The notes: generated by a model not told the origin, from the sequence alone. Positions 48,161 to 58,574 are shown, numbered from the stretch's first letter. The stretch is DNA of 64,000 nt from an uncultured Desulfatitalea sp. (GCA_963668675.2 CAXXMB010000001.1:832001-896000); one strand, 5' to 3'. Translations and numbers: made by a program.

Positions 48161-48255
48161 CGATTATCCCAACCTGTCACTTCTCGATACGTCCGCCAAT
48201 ACCTGGCCGCCTGGATTAAGGATTCAAACGAAAAAGGAGTGCGCTCTACAAGCCT

Positions 48256-48282
48256 CTATCGCCCTTCAGGCATATAACTTTA
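48256..48282 (-). promoter_or_regulatory. Sigma-28-type promoter of the kinase-HDOD operon
   Basis: TAAAG-N14-GGCGATAG. Confidence 0.55.
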
Positions 48283-48341
48283 GGCGCTTTAGCGTCCTTC
48301 GCATTCATGCGCAGAGGTTGTTTCATGTAATTTGAAATGAT

Positions 48342-48369
48342 TTAAGTTCTAGTCTGTTATGACCGATAT
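48342..48369 (+). promoter_or_regulatory. Sigma-28-type promoter of motAB
   Basis: TTAAG-N15-ACCGATAT. Confidence 0.45.
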
Positions 48370-48525
48370 TGCAATCATCGGCCGGCGCTATGAACGGGCT
48401 AACAATCGAGCGAAACTGACTCCTTTCAGCGCGTGCTGGCCGCTTAAATGATCACAAAACTAAAGCGATGCCGGGAATCGGGCAATATTAGGGATAGTGC
48501 CTACATCATAAAGTAAGGAAGAACC

Positions 48526-49320
48526 ATGGATTTAGCGACGATCATCGGACTCATCAGCGGGTCGATTCTCATTGCGTCAGCGGTCATTCTCGGTGGAAGC
48601 CCTCTGGTTTTTATCAACATACCGAGCGTATTGATCGTGCTCGGTGGCACCATTGCCGTAACCTTTATCAAATTTAAAATGACCGATGTCATCGGCTCGA
48701 TCGGTGTTGCCATGAAAGCGTTTCTGGTGAAAATGTCGGATCCGGAGGCGATGATCGAAGAGATGGTCAATTTTACGCGCATCGCCAAAAAAGAGGGTTT
48801 GATTGCGCTTGAAAAAGAGGTGGCCTCCGACGCATTTGCAGCCAAAGCCCTCCGTTATTTGTCCGATGGATATGACGAGGGGTTGATCGAAGACATGCTC
48901 AGCAAAGACATCCGACTGACAGTTCAACGACATGAAACGGGTCAGAACGTTTTCAAGGGTATGGGAGATAGCGCTCCGGCTTTCGGCATGATTGGCACCT
49001 TGATCGGTCTCGTGCAAATGCTCTCTTCTATGGATGACCCCGCCAGCATCGGTCCATCCATGGCCGTGGCCTTGTTGACCACGCTTTATGGCGCTGTTCT
49101 TGCCAATTTCATCTTTCTCCCTATATCTGAAAAACTGTGTCTGCGCAGCGATCAGGAGAAACTCAACAAAAGCATTATCGTGGAAGCCGCTGTTGGTATC
49201 AACCGAGGTGTCTCTCCAATGGTGCTTGAAGAGTCCTTGAAGATTTTTCTCTCCCCCAAGACGCGGGATCGGGACAAAGAGGTGGAAGAACCCGCGGAAG
49301 CCCCGGCCGAGGCCAACTAA
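48526..49320 (+). CDS. motA: Flagellar stator A subunit (MotA/PomA)
   Basis: MDLATIIG, APAFGMIGTLIGLV and MAVALLTTLYG. Confidence 0.95.
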   Translation: MDLATIIGLISGSILIASAVILGGSPLVFINIPSVLIVLGGTIAVTFIKFKMTDVIGSIGVAMKAFLVKMSDPEAMIEEMVNFTRIAKKEGLIALEKEVASDAFAAKALRYLSDGYDEGLIEDMLSKDIRLTVQRHETGQNVFKGMGDSAPAFGMIGTLIGLVQMLSSMDDPASIGPSMAVALLTTLYGAVLANFIFLPISEKLCLRSDQEKLNKSIIVEAAVGINRGVSPMVLEESLKIFLSPKTRDRDKEVEEPAEAPAEAN

Positions 49321-50061
49321 ATGGGCATGCCAGCAGAAGAGCCTAAAAAAGTTGATCCAGGCGCCCCAAGGTGGGTGGTGACCTTTGGCGACCTGATGAG
49401 TCTGCTGCTCTGCTTCTTCGTTCTACTGCTCTCCTTTTCAGAGATGGACCGTCAGAAATACAAGCAGGTAGCCGGTTCACTCGAAAAAGCTTTCGGCGTT
49501 CAGCGCAAGATGCGCGTAATGGAAATCCCAAAAGGGATGAAGATCATTGCCCGCGATTTTGACCAGGAGATCATCGAGACGCGCATCAGGGAAGACCTGG
49601 GCAAAGAGATTGACGATATGCTCTCCAGCCAGTTGGAGGAGTACAAAGATCAGATCGCCTTGGAAGCGAATGAAAATGAAGTGATCATTCGGCTCATGGG
49701 CGAAAGCACCTTCGATTCCGGGAAAGTAGAGATCCGGGAGAAGTTGAAACCCCTTTTGATGAGGGTGGCGAAAATTCTCGAAAAAGATGGTGGAGACATC
49801 GTTGTCGCCGGTCATACCGACAATGTTCCCATACGCAGCGGCCCTTACAAAACAAACTTGCGCCTCTCCATCGCCAGGGCGGCCGCCGTGGCGGAATATA
49901 TCCTGGGCCATTCGAAAATAGATGCCAAGCGTATTTCGACGATGGGATTCGGAGAGTACCGTCCGATCGAGAGCAATCTGAACGCACGCGGCAGAGAGAA
50001 GAACCGACGCGTGGAGATCATCCTGAGCAACCTTCCCCAGACACAAAACAGAGCGAAATAG
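49321..50061 (+). CDS. motB: Flagellar stator B subunit (MotB/PomB)
   Basis: WVVTFGDLMSLLLCFFVLL; OmpA-like GHTD...NRRVEI. Confidence 0.95.
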   Translation: MGMPAEEPKKVDPGAPRWVVTFGDLMSLLLCFFVLLLSFSEMDRQKYKQVAGSLEKAFGVQRKMRVMEIPKGMKIIARDFDQEIIETRIREDLGKEIDDMLSSQLEEYKDQIALEANENEVIIRLMGESTFDSGKVEIREKLKPLLMRVAKILEKDGGDIVVAGHTDNVPIRSGPYKTNLRLSIARAAAVAEYILGHSKIDAKRISTMGFGEYRPIESNLNARGREKNRRVEIILSNLPQTQNRAK

Positions 50062-50108
50062 GCTGAGGACAAAAACGTGACGCCAACCTCTTCCTGAGCC
50101 TTCAACCC

Positions 50109-50984
50109 TTAGGTTAAAAAATCGATCAAACTGGGCCGTATGATCTGGGCTGCCGTGGCCAGGGTGCTTTCATATGCCGTCTGCTGGAGTTGAAGATCGA
50201 TGGCCGCCTCGACGATGTCCGTGTCCTCCACTCTGGAGAGGAGGTCGCTCACATTCACTTTGAAGTTCTTGTTATAGTTTTCGGTCGCTTCGAGACGATT
50301 GCTCTGCCCTGCGTTGACGGCCCGGATGGAGTTGAGGCCTTGGACAATATCCGTGAGCAACGGCAACTGGTCAGTGACACCGGTAGCGTTGTCGGCGCGC
50401 AGCTCGGTCTCAAGATCGTTGAGCACATCGAAAACATCGGCCACCCCCTGGAAGATCTGACTGCCGTCGGCCTCGATGCCGATCTGCAGGCCCTCTCCGA
50501 TGATGTGATCCTTGGTGCCGTTATCACCGACGTATGAGTATACGCCCGTAGCGGTATCCAGTTCAAAGGGCTGGGTATCGGTCAGATCACCGGCGAAGAC
50601 ATAGTTGCCGTTGTTGCGTGAGTTGGCGAGTTGGAATACCTGGTCGCGGATATTGACCACCTGGTCGGCCAACATCGTACGCATCTCCGGATGGAGGTCG
50701 GCCGCAATGTCTTTGGCGTCCTCCAGCAGCTCGGTTACAGCGCCAAGAATGTTTTCCACGGTGTCGATATGCAGTTGGGCCGAGGTGATGTTCTCGTTGA
50801 ACTGATCGAGACTGGAGATGGTTTTTCGATATCCAAGCGCCTGTCCCATGCCGATCGGGTCGTCGGATAGCCGATTGATGCGCTTTCCGCTGGCGATCTG
50901 CTCCTGGGTTTTCAACAAGCCCTCGGTCTGCTTGAACAGATAGGACTGGATATTATCGGCCATCAGGGCATTGCTGACACGCAT
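50109..50984 (-). CDS. flgL: Flagellar hook-associated protein 3
   Basis: QIASGKRINRLSDDP and C-terminal SLIDFL; follows flgK. Confidence 0.93.
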   Translation of the reverse strand: MRVSNALMADNIQSYLFKQTEGLLKTQEQIASGKRINRLSDDPIGMGQALGYRKTISSLDQFNENITSAQLHIDTVENILGAVTELLEDAKDIAADLHPEMRTMLADQVVNIRDQVFQLANSRNNGNYVFAGDLTDTQPFELDTATGVYSYVGDNGTKDHIIGEGLQIGIEADGSQIFQGVADVFDVLNDLETELRADNATGVTDQLPLLTDIVQGLNSIRAVNAGQSNRLEATENYNKNFKVNVSDLLSRVEDTDIVEAAIDLQLQQTAYESTLATAAQIIRPSLIDFLT

Positions 50985-51008
50985 ATAAACCTCCTGGGGA
51001 AGATCGGA

Positions 51009-52412
51009 TCAGTTGGCGATAGAGATGATTGTGTCCATCATCTCATCGGTGGTGGTGATCAACTTGGCTGCCGCATTATAGGCGTGCTGAAATTTAACCA
51101 GGTTCACCATCTCCTCATCCAGCGATACACCGGAGACCTCTTCCCGATAATTTTGCAAATGCTGAATCATGGTGGACTGGTGGTCGTAATTGAGATCTGC
51201 TGTTCGCACATCGCTGCCCACGTCGCCCACCAGTGAGGTGTAGTAGTCATCAAATGTGGCGTTTCCGCCTGACATGGTCAAGCCGCTTTGAAGATTGGCG
51301 ATGGAGATGGCCACGCTGTTATCGCCGGGTATCGCCGCTGCATCCCCGGCCGCTGCAATCAGGTTGACATCCGCAACAATGGCACTGTTTACTGCGATGT
51401 CTCCGGCGTCTGTCCCGGTAAAAAAGTCGTTCTGGGAGCCGTCCAATCCAAAGCCGGACGGTGTACCCGGGTCATTATGCAACGCATTGACCTCTTGGAT
51501 AATCGCCCCTGCCAGTATGTCCAGGCGGGTCATGTAGTCGTTGATCACCACATCCCGGGCTTGAAGCCAACCCTTCAGCTCCCCCGATTCGATCTGGGTG
51601 GTGATGTTCTGCGCCGTCCCGCTGCTATCTTCCCAGTAGACATCCTGTACTCCCGCATTGTTGGCGGTAGAAAGGTCCCAGGTGAAACCGCCTTCTACGA
51701 GCGGTTTGCCGCCGGCCACCATGATCGTGGCATTGCCGTCGCCATCTTCGAAGGTGTCGATATCCATGAGTTTGGAGAGTTCAAAAACCAATGCGTCCCG
51801 TTGATCCCTATAGTCGTTGGCATTGAAGCCGGTCACTTCGACCTGGGAGACTTTGATGTTCAGCTCCGCAATCTGATCGGCCAGTCGGTTCACTTCCCCT
51901 ACGATATTGTCCACGTTGGTATCGATATCGGACTGGGCGTTACTGACGTTGGTGCTCAGCTGGTTGAAGGTGCTGGTCAAATACTGCGCTGCAGAGACCA
52001 AGTTGGTTCTCTCAACGTGTCCGGAAGGGTTGTTGGAGAGATCCTGCCAAGCGCCCCAATAGCCGGACATGGCTTCGCTGAGACCATAACCGCTCACCTC
52101 GTCGAAGAGCACCTCGACCTTCTCCAAGGCTGTTTTCTGAGCTTCCCATCGCCCGAGGCCCTCGTTCTCGTTGTTGAGCTGGTTGGTGACAAACTGGTCG
52201 TAGAAGCGCTGGACCTTCTGCTCGGCACGCACACCAGTGCTCATGGTGGTGTTTTGGTCCCGGATGGGTGTGCTCTGCTCCAGGTTCAGACGCTGGCGTG
52301 AGTAGCCCGGTGTATTCACATTGGCAATGTTATTGCCGGTGATATCGATCGCCTTTTGCTGGGTGACAAGGGCATTTCGACCAATATAGAGTAATCCGCT
52401 GATGTTTGGCAT
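51009..52412 (-). CDS. flgK: Flagellar hook-associated protein 1
   Basis: NNIANVNTPGYSRQR and SGVSLDEEM...Q.AY.AAAK. Confidence 0.95.
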   Translation of the reverse strand: MPNISGLLYIGRNALVTQQKAIDITGNNIANVNTPGYSRQRLNLEQSTPIRDQNTTMSTGVRAEQKVQRFYDQFVTNQLNNENEGLGRWEAQKTALEKVEVLFDEVSGYGLSEAMSGYWGAWQDLSNNPSGHVERTNLVSAAQYLTSTFNQLSTNVSNAQSDIDTNVDNIVGEVNRLADQIAELNIKVSQVEVTGFNANDYRDQRDALVFELSKLMDIDTFEDGDGNATIMVAGGKPLVEGGFTWDLSTANNAGVQDVYWEDSSGTAQNITTQIESGELKGWLQARDVVINDYMTRLDILAGAIIQEVNALHNDPGTPSGFGLDGSQNDFFTGTDAGDIAVNSAIVADVNLIAAAGDAAAIPGDNSVAISIANLQSGLTMSGGNATFDDYYTSLVGDVGSDVRTADLNYDHQSTMIQHLQNYREEVSGVSLDEEMVNLVKFQHAYNAAAKLITTTDEMMDTIISIAN

Positions 52413-52442
52413 AGTTGCCTACCTCCGGGAGATATGGTTGAA

Positions 52443-52955
52443 TCAGACCGTATCGGAGACCAACCGTCCGCCGCTGCGATTACCGGTACAGATGTTCCCG
52501 TTTTGGCCATAAACAGCGGACATCTGCAGCCAGTGCTGAAAAAAGCCCATCGAACGAGTCACCAGTCCGAGGCAGTGCTCAATGATCATGCAGCACTCAC
52601 GGTTGGCGATACGCACCCTGGAGACCGAGCTCTTCAGTTCAGATGCCACCGTTTTCAACCTCAACCGGCAGGGCGTATCGACCCGCTTCACAAGGGTTGA
52701 TACATTCAACTGTTGCAATGGGATGTCGAGTGCCGCCGCAATGGTGTGCAAGAGGGTGTCGCGGCGCTGCTCGGTCTGTTTGAGCTGGGCAACCAGGCCT
52801 TCTTTTTCTTCACTGACCCGGCTGAATCGTTCGAAATCGGAGGCGGTAGCTGCCGCCTTCTCCTCAAGGATAAGCGCCAGCATCCGTTCATAGAGATCCC
52901 TGGTCTGCTCCAATACCTCGACAAGCTGTTCGAGCTTTCGTTCCATGGCCTTCAC
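52443..52955 (-). CDS. flgN: Flagellar chaperone FlgN
   Basis: Helical 170-aa protein with a C-terminal YG..G, located between flgM and flgK. Confidence 0.8.
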   Translation of the reverse strand: MKAMERKLEQLVEVLEQTRDLYERMLALILEEKAAATASDFERFSRVSEEKEGLVAQLKQTEQRRDTLLHTIAAALDIPLQQLNVSTLVKRVDTPCRLRLKTVASELKSSVSRVRIANRECCMIIEHCLGLVTRSMGFFQHWLQMSAVYGQNGNICTGNRSGGRLVSDTV

Positions 52956-53144
52956 CTTTCATCCAACCAGGCTCTTCTCCGGTGGCGATTAGGGTTTTAC
53001 CGTCGTCATTCGGCAGGCCAACGCCGCTTGTCAAGGCACAGTGCACTCAATAGGAGTGTTGTGCTTCCTTCCCTAAGGTGCGGGAAGGGCCGTCCCATCG
53101 CCTCTATCGATTCGGAGATAGGACAACCAAATATAGAGCGTTCG

Positions 53145-53480
53145 TTATACCCGCTTATTGACTTTCTGTAATATCAAGTTGTTTTCGAATGTTTCGCGTA
53201 GCATATCGGTGGCCACTTGCGCGCCAACGACCTTATAGGTGCCCTTTTCGACCTCCATTCTGGTCTGCTCAACCTTTGCCTCACGAACATCCGGTGCATC
53301 TTTCACCGCTTGGGCCGCTTGTTGAATCTCTCTTGCACGGTCAGACAACTGAACCGTGTCGGCACCCCCTGCCTGGCCGGCCTTGGACTGAACCTGCTGC
53401 TCAGGTGCCTGTTGCTGCTGTCGAACCTGCTTAAGGTAACCGCTGTACTCGATCGCACCTTGGTTGGCATCTACTTTCAT
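53145..53480 (-). CDS. flgM: Anti-sigma-28 factor FlgM
   Basis: DTVQLS, PDVREAKV and G.YKV; AGGAGG RBS. Confidence 0.88.
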   Translation of the reverse strand: MKVDANQGAIEYSGYLKQVRQQQQAPEQQVQSKAGQAGGADTVQLSDRAREIQQAAQAVKDAPDVREAKVEQTRMEVEKGTYKVVGAQVATDMLRETFENNLILQKVNKRV

Positions 53481-53604
53481 CAAGGACCTCCTTTTTCATC
53501 CGCCCCCTTGGGCGGATCACCCCATCACTGGGGATATTGAGTTTAGCCGCTCTGTCCTAAGTATGCTTAGCGACGGGCAGCGTAAACAATACCGCTTGAT
53601 GATG

Positions 53605-53631
53605 GTATCGGCCCTTGTTCAAAAAGCTTGA
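53605..53631 (-). promoter_or_regulatory. Sigma-28 promoter of flgM-flgN-flgK-flgL
   Basis: TCAAG-N14-GCCGATAC. Confidence 0.75.
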
Positions 53632-53635
53632 GAAA

Positions 53636-53977
53636 TTATTTCGGTTCACCACTGTTTTCCTCTGCAGCAATGGCTGACAACTGGCGATACATCATGGCTG
53701 CAAGCCCTATTCCTCGTTGGTTCGAGATCGATTTGGCCATCTCACTGTCCAACATCTCGGTATAGATCTTTTCGGCTCGGCCCCCGTTGAGCAATCCGTC
53801 CTGAGGAACGGTTTTTCGCATCTGCTGCATCATCTGGCTCACAAAGAGGGATTCGAAATCCTTGCAGGCCTGCTCGAGTTTGCCAGCCCCTTTGGTTTCG
53901 CCCTGCTTCACGGCACTTTTTGCCAACGCTTTAGTGGTCTGGACGCTCTCTCCGGTGGGTAATATGGCTTCTGACAT
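53636..53977 (-). CDS. flgJ: Short FlgJ (rod-binding domain only)
   Basis: ACKDFESLF..M..QMR and GIGLA.MMY.QL; no muramidase domain. Confidence 0.85.
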   Translation of the reverse strand: MSEAILPTGESVQTTKALAKSAVKQGETKGAGKLEQACKDFESLFVSQMMQQMRKTVPQDGLLNGGRAEKIYTEMLDSEMAKSISNQRGIGLAAMMYRQLSAIAAEENSGEPK

Positions 53978-55104
53978 TAAATGACCTCCAGTTTGGCCTG
54001 CAATGCACCCGCCGCTTTGATGGCCTGGAAGATGGCGATCAGATCCCTTGGCGACACACCCAGTGCATTGAGCGCATTGACCACATCACCAATACTGGCC
54101 CCGGCAGGGATCAGGACCAACTTGTTCTCTCCCTCCTGGACCGAAAGATCGGTATTTGGGGTCACCACCGTCTCTCCGTCTGAGAAGGCGCCCGGCTGGG
54201 AGACGCCATAGTTCTCTTTGACCATGATGCTCAAGTTGCCATGCGCAATGGCGATGGTGGCGATGCGAACGTTTTCGCCCATCACCACGGTGCCGGTGCG
54301 CTCGTTGATCACCACGCGGGCAGCATTGTCCGGAAGGACATCGAGCTTTTCGATCATGGCGACCAATTCGACAAGATTACCGGCATAGGCGGGCGGAACA
54401 GACACTTGAACGGTACCGGCATCCGCCGCAGAGGCGATCTCATCATAAAAAAGGGCGTTGATGGCATCAGAAACCCGCGTTACGGTTGTAAAATCAGGCT
54501 GTTGAAGGCTAAGTGTCAACGATGTGCGTGCATTGAAATCCGCATTGATGTCCCGCTCGACGGTGGCGCCGTCGATGAGGCGTCCCACGGTCGGAAAGTT
54601 TTTTTGGACACTGGAGCTGTTGCCTCCGGCAGAAAAACCGCCGGTATTGACCGGCCCCTGGGCGATGGCATACACCTTCCCATTGGCAGCCTTCAGCGGC
54701 GTGAGCAACAGGGTTCCCCCCTGCAGATTCTGGGCATCACCGATGGAACTGACCAACGCATCGATGTGAGTGCCCGCTTTGGAAAAAGGCGGCAGTTCTG
54801 CAGTCACCATTACGGCCGCCACATTCTTGACTTTGATATCCTGGCTGTTGACCGTTACCCCCATCTTTTCGAGCATGCTGACCATCGATTGTATGGTAAA
54901 GGTGGCCTTCTTCCCGTCACCGGTGCCATCAAGGCCGACAACCAGCCCATACCCCACCAGTTGATTGGTGCGTACGCCTTTGATGTTGGCGATATCTTTT
55001 ATTCTCACCGCCTCGACACGTGGCACCGCCATTGCCAATAGCACTAAAATAGGTAGGATTGCCCAAACAATTCTGTATTTTTTAAGAGCGGTCATCATGT
55101 TCAC
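53977..55104 (-). CDS. flgI: Flagellar P-ring protein
   Basis: RIKDI, NQLVGYGLVVGL.GTGD and INERTGTVV. Confidence 0.96.
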   Translation of the reverse strand: MNMMTALKKYRIVWAILPILVLLAMAVPRVEAVRIKDIANIKGVRTNQLVGYGLVVGLDGTGDGKKATFTIQSMVSMLEKMGVTVNSQDIKVKNVAAVMVTAELPPFSKAGTHIDALVSSIGDAQNLQGGTLLLTPLKAANGKVYAIAQGPVNTGGFSAGGNSSSVQKNFPTVGRLIDGATVERDINADFNARTSLTLSLQQPDFTTVTRVSDAINALFYDEIASAADAGTVQVSVPPAYAGNLVELVAMIEKLDVLPDNAARVVINERTGTVVMGENVRIATIAIAHGNLSIMVKENYGVSQPGAFSDGETVVTPNTDLSVQEGENKLVLIPAGASIGDVVNALNALGVSPRDLIAIFQAIKAAGALQAKLEVI

Positions 55105-55107
55105 CTT

Positions 55108-55854
55108 TTAGAATGGCCAAACCTTATCCAGGATACGCGACAACCAACCCGGTCTCTGGCGATCGTTGAGAACGCCCGAACCGCTGTATGAGATGCGGGC
55201 ATCTGCGATGTAGGTAGAGAGAATGATATTCTCGGAAGAGATGTCTCTGGACCGGATGATGCCGGTCAGGGTGATCAACTGATTTTCAGCGTTGACGCGG
55301 ACTTCGCGATTGCCCTCAATGATCATGTTGCCATTGGCTAACAGATCTACGACCCTGGCGGTCATATAAGCATTCAAAGCACCGCTGCGCTGGGTAGCCC
55401 CTGTTCCTTCAAAGTCGCTACTGAGACTGCCTGATACAGCAGAGAAGGGGTTGAATGATTTGGATGAAGAAATTTCATTCTCAAGGTTGAATAAGCCGTT
55501 CACCTGGGCTGAAATGCCGGAGCTGCGGTCGGTGGTCGTGCTGGCTTTGTTCGTGGCGCTGGACGCCTCCACGATTTTGATCGTCAGGATATCACCGATA
55601 CGCCTGGCTTTGGGGTTGCTGAACATTTCGGACAGCTCACCGCTTTCGCTCCACAACGAGCCGTCGGTGGCCTGTGCGGGCTCCGCCAAGGGACGGCCCG
55701 ACGCCATTGCGAGTGGCGTCGTCGGGGTGGCCGCTGACCTGTGTGACGAGGAGTTTGAGCAGCCGCATATCGCGGCAAACAGCATCAGTAGAGCGCACAG
55801 GCCTATTATGATGGTACTTCCTTTAGCTGACGGGGCAAGATGACGCATATTCAT
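55108..55854 (-). CDS. flgH: Flagellar L-ring lipoprotein
   Basis: Lipobox Cys, GDILTI, IADARI.Y.G and C-terminal PGWL....WPF. Confidence 0.94.
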   Translation of the reverse strand: MNMRHLAPSAKGSTIIIGLCALLMLFAAICGCSNSSSHRSAATPTTPLAMASGRPLAEPAQATDGSLWSESGELSEMFSNPKARRIGDILTIKIVEASSATNKASTTTDRSSGISAQVNGLFNLENEISSSKSFNPFSAVSGSLSSDFEGTGATQRSGALNAYMTARVVDLLANGNMIIEGNREVRVNAENQLITLTGIIRSRDISSENIILSTYIADARISYSGSGVLNDRQRPGWLSRILDKVWPF

Positions 55855-55891
55855 GTTAATGATATCCTTATGGTATTGTAATCGATTACCA

Positions 55892-56893
55892 CTATTCTCG
55901 CGTTGATGAGAAATCGACTTTCACGGTCTGGGCATCGACAACCTGGGCGAAAAAATTCTTTCTGGAGCTCATGTTCATCACTTGAATATTGTCTCCGAAG
56001 ATACCGTTCTCCTTGGCCACAGCCTGGGTAGTGATACGCAATACCTTCGATTCGGCAAGCACCTGGACGACGTCCCCTTTGCGCACCATCAGCGTCTCGT
56101 GCACCTGATCGCTGCGCAGAATCGTGTTGGCGGCGACGGTCCTGCTCGACCTTTTTCCGATCACTTGCTTTGGATCGAACAGGGCCTTGGACGGCACGCG
56201 GGCCAGATTCATCTTTTTTACCTGGATGTCGCTGGCGCCAATCGGTTGATTCTTGCCCAGCGGCCTGGCGGTCAACACCACATCCTGCCACACCTCGATG
56301 TAGGCCGGTACGCTGGTCCGTTTTACGGTCTGGCCATCCACTTTGATTCTCACTTTGAAAGGGATTGCGCCCAACCAATCGGTGTGCTTCGGCGCGGTCA
56401 CCATGAGACTCACCTTTCCGGGGGGCAATTGATGCGATTGCCGATAGCGAATCGGTCGGATTTTGATCTGTTCGCGATCCCACGGTGCGTGACGTTCGAT
56501 AAATTCGACCACCGCTGCACTGACCATTTCGGGTGGCAGTGTGGCGTGGTTGCGGGTCACTTTCACCGGACCGTTGGCAGTGATCTCAAATAAATGAGCA
56601 TCCCAACCCTGCTGTTTAAGTGAATTTTGTACCTGCCCGGGGTGCAGCCAGAGGGATTGCCCCGGGAGCGGTGAACGGCCGACGGGAACAGTGCCCATCG
56701 AAGCTGTCTGTTGGGGATCGGGGCCGAGGATGTCGGCGATCTGCGCCAGTGTGATCTGCTCCGAATCGACCTGCACCTTCTGGGTAAGGTGGATGCGAAT
56801 GGTGCCGTCGGCGAGCGCTGTCCCAGGTTGAAGGATGGCCAGCACGAGCAGCAAGCCCCATACCAAACGCCTATTTGCCTTGGAATCATTCAT
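55892..56893 (-). CDS. flgA: P-ring formation chaperone FlgA
   Basis: SAF-like domain, VRKGD.V and G..GD.IQVMN..S; located between flgG and flgH. Confidence 0.88.
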   Translation of the reverse strand: MNDSKANRRLVWGLLLVLAILQPGTALADGTIRIHLTQKVQVDSEQITLAQIADILGPDPQQTASMGTVPVGRSPLPGQSLWLHPGQVQNSLKQQGWDAHLFEITANGPVKVTRNHATLPPEMVSAAVVEFIERHAPWDREQIKIRPIRYRQSHQLPPGKVSLMVTAPKHTDWLGAIPFKVRIKVDGQTVKRTSVPAYIEVWQDVVLTARPLGKNQPIGASDIQVKKMNLARVPSKALFDPKQVIGKRSSRTVAANTILRSDQVHETLMVRKGDVVQVLAESKVLRITTQAVAKENGIFGDNIQVMNMSSRKNFFAQVVDAQTVKVDFSSTRE

Positions 56894-56904
56894 ACGAATT
56901 GCCT

Positions 56905-57693
56905 TTAACGTTTCAAGTTGTTGGCCTGCTGCAGCATTTCGTCAGAGGTCTGGATCGCCTTGCTGTTGATCTCATAGGCCCTTTGGGCGGTGATCATATT
57001 GACCATTTCGTCGACGACACTCACATTGGACATTTCAAGGTACCCCTGTGCGAGGGTGCCGTACCCCTCCTCTCCGGGTGTCCCCGTAATGGGGTCGCCT
57101 GAAGCGTCGCTCTCTACAAAAAGATTGCGGCCGATGCTTTTCAGTCCAGCCGGATTGACGAACCGGGCCAGTTCAACATTGCCGATATCGGTGGGTGCCG
57201 TCTGGCCGGGTTGCAAAACGGACACCGTCCCATCGGTTCCCACGGAGACCGCTATGGTATCTGTGGGGATCGTGATCTCAGGCTCCATCAAGTAGCCGTC
57301 AGCAGTTACGATTCGGCCCTCACTGTCGATTTTGAAATTGCCGGCCCTTGAGTAGGCGATCTCCCCGTTGGGTTGCACAATCTGGAAAAAGCCTTGCCCT
57401 TCGATGGCCATATCGAGTTCATTCTGGGTGTGTTGAAAATCGCCCTGGGTAAATAACTTGTGGGTAGCGGCTGTGCGGGTGCCGTGCCCCACCTGGATGC
57501 CGGTGGGCACCTGGTTGCCACCGGCCGAATTGACGCCGGGTGGCCTCATGGTCTCGTACAACAGGTCCTGAAACTCGGCCCGGCTGCGTTTGAATCCGGC
57601 GGTGTTTACATTGGATAAATTGTTCGATATGACATCTATATTAGTTGTTTGAGCCTGCATACCTGAAGCAGCAGTCCATAGGCTGCGTATCAT
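56905..57693 (-). CDS. flgG: Distal rod protein FlgG
   Basis: [19 protein letters not shown] and LEMSNV..V.EMV.MI.AQRAYE. Confidence 0.95.
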   Translation of the reverse strand: MIRSLWTAASGMQAQTTNIDVISNNLSNVNTAGFKRSRAEFQDLLYETMRPPGVNSAGGNQVPTGIQVGHGTRTAATHKLFTQGDFQHTQNELDMAIEGQGFFQIVQPNGEIAYSRAGNFKIDSEGRIVTADGYLMEPEITIPTDTIAVSVGTDGTVSVLQPGQTAPTDIGNVELARFVNPAGLKSIGRNLFVESDASGDPITGTPGEEGYGTLAQGYLEMSNVSVVDEMVNMITAQRAYEINSKAIQTSDEMLQQANNLKR

Positions 57694-57768
57694 ATCAGGA
57701 TCTCCTTCACTCTGTGGGAAACGCTTATCGAAAGACGCCTCTTGCACCTCGGCATCGTGATCATCGCC

Positions 57769-58515
57769 CTACACATTTTTACCGACCTCATTCACTGCCT
57801 TGGCCGTTGCCTCGTCGACCGACCGTATGATGCGCTGGTAGGCTTCGAAAACGCGCATGGTCTCGATTACCTCGGTCATGGTGCGGATGGCGTTTACATT
57901 GGCCCCCTCCAAAAAACCCTGGGCGACCTGAACCTGATCCTCGTCCACGCTGTTGCCGGCAAGCCCCTGGGGCGCCGCAAATAGCGTATTGCCGGTTTTG
58001 GTCAGCTCCTGGGGCTGATCGAAAGCGACCACCTTCAAGATATCCACGGCCTCGCCATCAACATAGATTTCCCCCTGGCCGGTGATTTCGACCTTGCTGC
58101 CGTCGATGGCGATCTCGCCGCCCTGGCCCATGACCGGCCATCCATCGGAGGTGCTCAGAAGCCCCTCTTCGTTGATGGTCAGATTGCCATTGCGGGTGTA
58201 GCGACGCCCCTCAGGCGCCTGCACCTCGAAAAAACCCTCCCCAACGATGGCTACATCAAGAGGATTGCCTGTTCGCCCGGCCGGACCGGGAGTGAAGTCG
58301 GTCAATGCCTCCAGCGGAGGTGCATAAGGCGACAGCCTTCCGGGAACGGTGTTGCCAGCCACCTCTTCGGGCGCAGTAGAAGCATCGAGCCGGAATGCCG
58401 GCCTGTCTGCTTTATAGCCGGTGGTATTGATGTTGGCTAAGTTGTTGGACAGCATATCCATGCGCATCTGCTGAAGCAGGGCTCCTGCTGCTGCCTGGTA
58501 TACGGCTCCGCTCAT
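57769..58515 (-). CDS. flgF: Proximal rod protein FlgF
   Basis: NNLANINTTGYK, TGNPLDVAI, YTRNG and LEGANV; upstream of flgG. Confidence 0.88.
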   Translation of the reverse strand: MSGAVYQAAAGALLQQMRMDMLSNNLANINTTGYKADRPAFRLDASTAPEEVAGNTVPGRLSPYAPPLEALTDFTPGPAGRTGNPLDVAIVGEGFFEVQAPEGRRYTRNGNLTINEEGLLSTSDGWPVMGQGGEIAIDGSKVEITGQGEIYVDGEAVDILKVVAFDQPQELTKTGNTLFAAPQGLAGNSVDEDQVQVAQGFLEGANVNAIRTMTEVIETMRVFEAYQRIIRSVDEATAKAVNEVGKNV

Positions 58516-58557
58516 GACGATCCTTTCTCAAGCTTCCCTTTCGGTCTAACAGAATCC

Positions 58558-58574
58558 AAGCAACTGTTGTGCCA
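58558..58574 (-). promoter_or_regulatory. Sigma-54 -24/-12 promoter of the flgFGAHIJ operon
   Basis: TGGCACAACAGTTGCTT about 42 nt upstream of the flgF ATG. Confidence 0.85.

Noticed and set aside
48400..48500. Possible c-di-GMP-I riboswitch in the motA leader
   Set aside because: The GGCAAAC/GAAA-tetraloop P2 and GCAAAG/P3 elements could not be matched. An Infernal search would settle it.
51288..52301. Long opposite-strand ORFs (also 3248-4123, 29665-30417, 41691-42533, 54241-55041, 59352-60116)
   Set aside because: Antisense shadows of well-supported genes in GC-rich DNA, with no recognisable motifs.
53636..53977. Short flgJ as a truncated pseudogene
   Set aside because: Single-domain FlgJ lacking the muramidase is normal outside beta/gamma-proteobacteria.
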